Source: a bacterium (GTDB taxonomy: Bacteria; Bacillota; DTU030; JBMNJR01). From it: DNA of 64,000 nucleotides. Shown one piece after another: positions 58,238-64,000 of the stretch. Under the pieces are notes generated by a model, which made no database searches, was not told the DNA's origin, and worked only from the letters and a program-made list of their open reading frames with translations. Position numbers and translations under genes: made by a program. The stretch's first letter is position 1. Each line of letters opens with the position of its first letter. The stretch covers positions 159,591 to 223,590 of the forward strand of contig JBMNJR010000015.1 of NCBI GenBank assembly GCA_050951765.1, read 5' to 3'.

Positions 58238-58528
58238 TTAGGAAAATTGCATTATTAGTTCATGGAGTGAATCTGGGTTTGGCGTAACAATAAATATTTC
58301 TTGCACACCCCCGCCGGATTTAGCCAAAAGTTTTACCCCGGTGGGGGTTTTATATTTCCAAGATAGTTGTACTTTTGAGCCACGTATGGCACTATTGATT
58401 CGGCCGGGGATAATAGATTTTACAGCAGGGTGGTTGGCAATTTCCTCCAGCATGGGGCATAATCCGGGAAGAAGATGGTGCTTCCTTTTTACTCTACCTT
58501 TGCGGTATTTCATGTTTTGTCTTCCCAA
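58238..58528 (-). CDS. hypothetical basic protein
   Basis: 96-aa ORF (alternative start M6 at 58513); no family recognised. Confidence 0.35.
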   Translation of the reverse strand: MGRQNMKYRKGRVKRKHHLLPGLCPMLEEIANHPAVKSIIPGRINSAIRGSKVQLSWKYKTPTGVKLLAKSGGGVQEIFIVTPNPDSLHELIMQFS

Positions 58529-58670
58529 TTACTTCACCTCCAAAGGGGGCGGGATTGTTTGTGTAATATTACTATTTTCGGCTGTAAGAATACTATTCCT
58601 GTTTTTTTTCTTGCTAAGTATAATAATTAGTATAAACCCAGCCAATGGCTTCAGTAAAGGAGAGGTGTAA

Positions 58671-59111
58671 ATGACAGAACCAAATAGTATTGATATTGCA
58701 CGGGCGGCTATAAAAATGGCTCTTAGTGAAAATAGGTCTGAAGAAAAAACATTGAAAACACACTTCAATAGGCAACAAATTAGGACTGTAGCCGTTGATT
58801 ATGGAGGGGAATACATCGCGTCTTTAAAAAGAGTGGTGGAAAGGGCGATTGTTGCCGCCAAAAGAGAAAAGGTGATCAAAGCAACCCATTTGGAGGAGGG
58901 TGCCGTAGCCGGTGCGACCAGGGAGGCGTTGGCACAAATAATGAATAAAGCTATGGGTTTAAATATCGGCGGCAAAATAGGAATTGCACGCAAAGGTGAA
59001 CATATCAGTATTTGTGTTTTTTTTGGAGTCGGATTATTACATCTGAATGAAGTGGCAGTAGGGCTGGCCCATCGGGCTATACCCAATAGTGAAGAAAATG
59101 AGCAGGGGTAA
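58671..59111 (+). CDS. HutP-family protein (hut-operon antiterminator-like)
   Basis: about 146 aa with the HutP-like pattern ...THLEEGAVAGATREAL...ISICVFFGVGLLH...VAVGLAHRAI (compare B. subtilis HutP SHALYHATMEALHG...IAVSLYGTIGAP...FGVGINHI). Confidence 0.55.
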   Translation: MTEPNSIDIARAAIKMALSENRSEEKTLKTHFNRQQIRTVAVDYGGEYIASLKRVVERAIVAAKREKVIKATHLEEGAVAGATREALAQIMNKAMGLNIGGKIGIARKGEHISICVFFGVGLLHLNEVAVGLAHRAIPNSEENEQG

Positions 59112-59269
59112 CCTGCTCTTTTTTTGTGCTGTAGAAAAGAATAGTGAAAAAATGTTTTGATAATTTTTCTAGCTAGCAGGAAAATGGGCTGGACTGGCGA
59201 AAAGTAATAAAGTGTGGGTAAAAGTGGGGGAAAGTGGAGGAATTATCTAATAAAGGTTGTGTGGCAAAC

Positions 59270-59713
59270 ATGTTTATGGGGGAATATCGTCATACTATTG
59301 ATAATAAAGGACGCTTGATCATTCCGGTCAAATTTCGGGATGGTTTAGGTTCCCTATTTATTGCTACTAAGGGTTTGGATGAATGTCTTTTTCTCTATTC
59401 GGAGGCAGAATGGTCTATTTTGGAACAAAAATTAAAGTCGCTTCCCTTTACGAAGGCAGATGCCCGGGCCTTTGTCCGTTTTTTCTTCTCCGGAGCTACG
59501 GAATGCCAGTTGGATAAACAAGGAAGGATTCTCTTACCGCCAAATTTGCGTGAATATGCCGGCCTCGAGAAGGATGCTATTTTGCTTGGAGTGTCCAACC
59601 GAGTAGAAATCTGGAGTGAAGCAAACTGGCAGGAATATAGCAGTAAAGCAGCAGCAGCTTATGAAGAAATCGCAGAAAAAATTGTGGATTTTGACCTTTA
59701 TCCGGGAGGATGA
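59270..59713 (+). CDS. mraZ: division/cell-wall cluster transcriptional regulator MraZ
   Basis: [19 protein letters not shown]... tandem MraZ/SpoVT-AbrB-like domains. Confidence 0.9.
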   Translation: MFMGEYRHTIDNKGRLIIPVKFRDGLGSLFIATKGLDECLFLYSEAEWSILEQKLKSLPFTKADARAFVRFFFSGATECQLDKQGRILLPPNLREYAGLEKDAILLGVSNRVEIWSEANWQEYSSKAAAAYEEIAEKIVDFDLYPGG

Positions 59714-60684
59714 GCATGGTGGCCTTTGAACATATTCCGGTCTTGCTGGAGGAGACCATAGAATTATTAAACTGCCAACCGGGCGGTGTATATCTTGACT
59801 GCACATTAGGCGGTGGTGGTCATGCGCAGGCTATTTTAAGGAAAATTGTACCCAGTGGCCGTCTAATAGGTATTGATCGAGATGCAGCAGCAATAACGGC
59901 AGCAAAAGAAAAGTTGGCCCCTTACGCAGAGTCCGTGTCATTGGTGCAAGCAAATTATGTGGAATTAAAAGGGGTATTGGCAGGTCATGGTATTAAGCAA
60001 GTAAACGGAGTACTTATGGATTTGGGAGTGTCGTCACCCCAGTTGGATGCTTATGAACGGGGTTTTACTTATCAAAGGGAAGCGCCTTTGGATATGCGCA
60101 TGGATACTAGGCAAGAGCAAACTGCGGCTGATTTGGTTAATAAGCTGTCAGTAAAGGAGCTGGCGCAGTTGATTTGGGAATACGGTGAAGAACGGTGGGC
60201 AACAAGAATAGCCAAATATATTGTGGAGGCGCGGCAGGAAAAAAGTATTACTACTACCACGGAATTGGTGGATGTGATCAAAGCGGCAATTCCGGCTGCG
60301 GCCCGTCGTTCCGGTCCGCATCCGGCAAAGAGAACCTTTCAAGCCTTAAGAATAGCTGTCAATAATGAATTAGAATCTTTGCGCTTTGCTTTGACAGACG
60401 CTATTGACGTTTTGGCACCTGGCGGACGCATATGCGTGATCTCTTTTCATTCTTTGGAGGATAGAATTGTGAAACAGAAATTTCGTGCACTGGCGCAAGT
60501 TTGTACATGCCCACCGGAAGCACCGGTTTGTGTTTGCGGCGGCCAACCGTTACTTAAGGTTTTAACTAGGCGGCCTGTTACAGCGGGAACAGATGAGCTA
60601 AATAGCAATCCACGGGCACGGAGTGCCAAGTTACGGGCAGCACAAAAACTACCAGTAGTTCTAAACTCTCAAGGGGGTGAATAA
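59710..60684 (+). CDS. rsmH: 16S rRNA (cytosine1402-N4)-methyltransferase RsmH
   Basis: HIPVLL.E......[13 protein letters not shown] signature; overlaps the mraZ stop. Confidence 0.9.
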   Translation: MSMVAFEHIPVLLEETIELLNCQPGGVYLDCTLGGGGHAQAILRKIVPSGRLIGIDRDAAAITAAKEKLAPYAESVSLVQANYVELKGVLAGHGIKQVNGVLMDLGVSSPQLDAYERGFTYQREAPLDMRMDTRQEQTAADLVNKLSVKELAQLIWEYGEERWATRIAKYIVEARQEKSITTTTELVDVIKAAIPAAARRSGPHPAKRTFQALRIAVNNELESLRFALTDAIDVLAPGGRICVISFHSLEDRIVKQKFRALAQVCTCPPEAPVCVCGGQPLLKVLTRRPVTAGTDELNSNPRARSAKLRAAQKLPVVLNSQGGE

Positions 60685-60692
60685 ATTTGCTT

Positions 60693-61181
60693 ATGACCAG
60701 AGGCAACACTGCCCCTGCATATCAACCATCACATTATCAGGCACAACCGGTGCGGGTGGCAAAACAGCGCCGTGTGCGGCGAATACGGGTTCGGCCCATA
60801 CCTTTGTATGGGATGGCGGTTTCTTTTGTTGTCTTGCTTGCGGTTCTCTATCTTTCCCAATATGCGGTTCTAGCACATATGAATCATCAGGTTTATTGTT
60901 TACAGAGAGAATTAGATACATTGGCAAGGGTTAATAGTGACTTAAAACGGGAAATGGCAAGGTTGAGTTCATTGGAACGGATTGAGGAAGTAGCAGTAGG
61001 GGAATTGGGTATGGTTCCTGCCGCAGAAGTTAGGTATATTGTATTAGAGCAGGTAGATTCGCAGGAATATCCCTTAAAGGCGGAAGATGGGATTGTTACA
61101 GAAAATGGTATTTTTGCGTTTTTAGGCAGGTTGCTACCTAAAGCGGGTTCAGCTTATGCCCAAAGTCCGGAAAAGCGATGA
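60693..61181 (+). CDS. ftsL: cell division protein FtsL
   Basis: basic N-terminus, single TM helix, coiled-coil periplasmic region; position between rsmH and the PBP gene. Confidence 0.7.
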   Translation: MTRGNTAPAYQPSHYQAQPVRVAKQRRVRRIRVRPIPLYGMAVSFVVLLAVLYLSQYAVLAHMNHQVYCLQRELDTLARVNSDLKREMARLSSLERIEEVAVGELGMVPAAEVRYIVLEQVDSQEYPLKAEDGIVTENGIFAFLGRLLPKAGSAYAQSPEKR

Positions 61182-61205
61182 AGGGGTTGTGAAGGGGGAG
61201 GCTCC

Positions 61206-63296
61206 ATGACTCCATTGTTAATTAGGCGGCGAATCGTAGTATTATTCATTTTAATTGCCCTTAGTACAGTTTCACTGGGAGGGCGTTTATTTTTCATTCA
61301 GATCTTACAGAGTGAGGCTTTTCAACAACAAGCGTTGTCTCAAAGGTTGCGACAGGTATTTATTCAACCTACCCGCGGTACCATCTATGACCGGAATAAA
61401 CAAGAACTGGCCTTTGATATTAGTGTTGATTCCATAGTTGCCAATCCGGTGCAATTGAAAAACAAGGAGGAAAATGCGCAGGCGCTGGCAGAAATCTTGG
61501 GTAGGGAACAGGCAGATATTTTGGAGTTGTTTTCCCGTAAGAGCTCCTTTGAATTTATTGAACGAAAAGTTGACCAAGATATTGCGCAGAAAGTCCGGGA
61601 ATTGGGTTTAGAAGGTGTTTACTTAGTTGAGGAAACAAAACGTTATTACCCTGAAGGTGTATTGGCGGCGCATATACTGGGATTTGCCGGCATAGATAAT
61701 CAAGGTTTAGAAGGAATTGAGGTTACTTATGATGAGCAACTGCGCGGCTCAGAAGGACGCTTTTTGGGGGAAACTACTGCCATCGGGACGGAAATTCCTG
61801 ATGGTTTGAAAAAGTATATTCCATCCCGGGATGGGTATAATCTTATTCTAACAATAGATAAAGGAATTCAATATATTGTGGAGCGTCAGCTTGATCAGAT
61901 TATGCAGGAAAATCAAGCACGGGCGGCAACGATTATTGTTACTAATCCGAAAACCGGTGAAGTGTTGGCACTGGGTAATAGGCCTACATATGATCCTAAT
62001 AATCCGCTACAGGCAATGGATAATTGGCGTAATCTAGCTATCTGGTTTAATTATGAACCAGGGTCTACATTTAAGATTGTGACCGCGGCAGCTGCCTTGG
62101 AAGAAGGAGTAGTGTCGGAGAATGAGGGTTTTTTTTGTAATGGAAGCATTACTGTCGCCGGTCATAGTATTGGTTGTGCTTCCGCCCACGGTAGCCAGAG
62201 CTTGGCTGATGTGATAAAATACTCTTGTAATGTTGGCTTTATTACTATTGGGCAACGTTTAGGTACAGACAAATTATATAAATATATCGATGCTTTTGGT
62301 TTTGGTGACCCTACAGGCATTCCTTTACCCGGGGAGGCAGCTGGGATTTTGCTTCCCAAAAGTCAAGTAGGGCCTGTGGAGTTGGCTAATAATTCCTTTG
62401 GCCAGGGTATTGCTGTTACACCATTGCAAATGATTAATATGGCTGGTGCAATCGCCAACGGCGGAGTCCTTCTAAAACCGCAAATTGTGCGGGAAATTAG
62501 AGATCATGAGGATAATCTTGTGGAAGCATTTGCCCCCCAAGTGGTACGGCAGGTTGTTTCTCGGGAAACTGCGGAAAAGTTAACTAGTTTTTTGCATTTG
62601 GTTGTCTCAGAGGGAACCGGAAGCAATGCTGATGTTGTTGGCTACAAACTGGCAGGGAAGACAGGTACCGCCCAAAAGATAGAAGCAGGGCGCTATGTTT
62701 CCGATAAGCATGTTGCTTCTTTTCTTGGGTTCGGCCCGGTGGAAGATCCGCAATTGGCAGTGCTGGTGGTAATTGACGAACCTAAGGGTGCATATTACGG
62801 TGGTTTAGTGGCAGCACCGGTGTTTAGTAAGGTTATGGAAGAATCGTTGCAATACCTAGGTGTTCCACCCACAGAACTGCAGGAAGAGGAAGAAATGGAA
62901 ATTTTTGTTGAAGTGCCTAATGTGGTTAATCTCCCGTACCCGGATGCAGTAGTAGTACTGGCAGATAAAGGGCTAACGGTTCAACCGGGTGAGGAAGACA
63001 AAATAGTGTTTGACCAAGTTCCCCGGGCGGGAGCAAAGGTGAAAGAGGGTACAAAAGTTCTTCTGTATTTTCGGGAGGAAGGAGAAGCTCCCGGAAGTTC
63101 AATGGAAGGAGAAGTTATGGTCCCCAATTTGTATGGCATGACTATTCGGGAAGTGGCTGATACCCTAAGCCAACTGGATTTACTTCTGCATCCGGAAGGA
63201 ACAGGTCTAGCTGTAGAGCAAAACCCGGAACCTTTAACCGTGGTTCCTTTAAACAGCGTTATTGAGGTTAAATTTGCCTCTCCTTCCTCTCATTAG
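61206..63296 (+). CDS. penicillin-binding protein (FtsI/PBP2B/SpoVD-type transpeptidase) with C-terminal PASTA domain
   Basis: transpeptidase motifs STFK, SCN, KTGT; dimerisation domain; the C-terminal PASTA-like domain suggests SpoVD/PBP2B. Confidence 0.85.
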   Translation: MTPLLIRRRIVVLFILIALSTVSLGGRLFFIQILQSEAFQQQALSQRLRQVFIQPTRGTIYDRNKQELAFDISVDSIVANPVQLKNKEENAQALAEILGREQADILELFSRKSSFEFIERKVDQDIAQKVRELGLEGVYLVEETKRYYPEGVLAAHILGFAGIDNQGLEGIEVTYDEQLRGSEGRFLGETTAIGTEIPDGLKKYIPSRDGYNLILTIDKGIQYIVERQLDQIMQENQARAATIIVTNPKTGEVLALGNRPTYDPNNPLQAMDNWRNLAIWFNYEPGSTFKIVTAAAALEEGVVSENEGFFCNGSITVAGHSIGCASAHGSQSLADVIKYSCNVGFITIGQRLGTDKLYKYIDAFGFGDPTGIPLPGEAAGILLPKSQVGPVELANNSFGQGIAVTPLQMINMAGAIANGGVLLKPQIVREIRDHEDNLVEAFAPQVVRQVVSRETAEKLTSFLHLVVSEGTGSNADVVGYKLAGKTGTAQKIEAGRYVSDKHVASFLGFGPVEDPQLAVLVVIDEPKGAYYGGLVAAPVFSKVMEESLQYLGVPPTELQEEEEMEIFVEVPNVVNLPYPDAVVVLADKGLTVQPGEEDKIVFDQVPRAGAKVKEGTKVLLYFREEGEAPGSSMEGEVMVPNLYGMTIREVADTLSQLDLLLHPEGTGLAVEQNPEPLTVVPLNSVIEVKFASPSSH

Positions 63297-63405
63297 ATAA
63301 TTCTAATCAATTCCCGGGTACGATGGATGGAGAATGTAATAAAATAATTAATAAATTAAATAACAGGAAATGGGATTAAGGCCCGTGGAGGAAAGGAGAA
63401 AAGGA

Positions 63406-64000
63406 ATGAAGAAAGACTTACGGGAATTATTATCTGCGTTAGAAATAGAAGCAATATCTGACCAAGCTGATATATGTGTGAGCGGGATAGCTTATGATTC
63501 AAGAAAGGTTAAGCCCGGCGATCTTTTTGTTTGTATCCAGGGGTTTCAACATGATGGACATGATTTTATTGCTGAGGCAATTGGGAACGGGTGTGTGGGG
63601 GTAATAGTACAAAGGGATGTGGCTGTGCCCAGAGGAGTTGTGCGCATTAAAGTATCCGATACCCGTCAAGCATTAGCCCGGGTAGCAAACGCCTTTTATG
63701 ACTACCCTTCAGGCAAATTGCGGTTGATTGGGGTTACCGGGACCAATGGAAAGACTTCTACCACTCACTTGATTGAGGGAATTCTACGGAAAGCGGGTTA
63801 TCGTACCGGATTAATCGGTACTATTTATAATCGAATCAATACCCAGCAAATACCGGTAGAAAGAACTACTCCGGAATCCCTTGATTTACAGCACTTGTTC
63901 GCGCAAATGGTAGAGGCAGGGGTTGATTATTGTGTAATGGAGGTTTCTTCCCACGCTTTAAGTTTGCAGAGGGTTGTTGGCTGTGATTTTGATGTAGGTG
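63406..64000 (+). CDS. murE: UDP-N-acetylmuramoyl-L-alanyl-D-glutamate--2,6-diaminopimelate ligase (5' partial, runs off the window)
   Basis: MurE N-terminus and P-loop GVTGTNGKTSTT; gene continues beyond 64000. Confidence 0.9.
   Translation, partial: MKKDLRELLSALEIEAISDQADICVSGIAYDSRKVKPGDLFVCIQGFQHDGHDFIAEAIGNGCVGVIVQRDVAVPRGVVRIKVSDTRQALARVANAFYDYPSGKLRLIGVTGTNGKTSTTHLIEGILRKAGYRTGLIGTIYNRINTQQIPVERTTPESLDLQHLFAQMVEAGVDYCVMEVSSHALSLQRVVGCDFDVG

Overview
This window looks like chromosomal core from a low-GC Gram-positive anaerobic spore-former (Clostridia/Peptococcaceae-like), with several accessory patches. That assignment is inferred from gene content and synteny only.

The conserved backbone, almost all on the + strand, runs: DUF3048 lipoprotein, recO, a glycine T-box leader, glyQ-glyS, ccpN-like regulator, the PPDK regulatory protein and ppdK. 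An AT-rich insert follows, then a dGTPase-like gene, dnaG-sigA-trmK-nif3, a zinc-ribbon protein, an RNase H-like gene, rnpB (RNase P RNA, type A) and tRNA-Ala(GGC). After that come a GltS-like FMN protein, adenine deaminase and an Rrf2 regulator.

Downstream is a sulfolactate-like/unknown-substrate catabolic locus: a frameshifted comA, a split UxaA/SuyAB-like pair, an enolase-superfamily enzyme, an acylating aldehyde dehydrogenase, an M55 peptidase and a TAXI-TRAP transporter. Then def-like, niaR-niaX-like genes, a ferredoxin, a GIY-YIG protein, and a minus-strand four-subunit 2-oxoacid:ferredoxin oxidoreductase operon.

The most unusual part is next: an orphan 824-aa gamma-class N6-adenine methyltransferase, a ~650-bp GC-rich non-coding region with nested perfect inverted repeats plus a heptamer-repeat palindrome, and a convergent Lon-like AAA+ protease. 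This is the best candidate here for an undescribed system.

The rest is housekeeping: a class A beta-lactamase-family protein, buk-ptb, PepSY and CapA proteins, a ZIP transporter, pgpA, a ferredoxin, a beta-propeller lipoprotein, an EamA transporter, Spo0E-like and HutP-like genes, and the start of the dcw cluster (mraZ-rsmH-ftsL-spoVD/pbp-murE).

No CRISPR array, IS element or rRNA was seen. All calls come from reading the sequence and ORF translations; no database searches were run.
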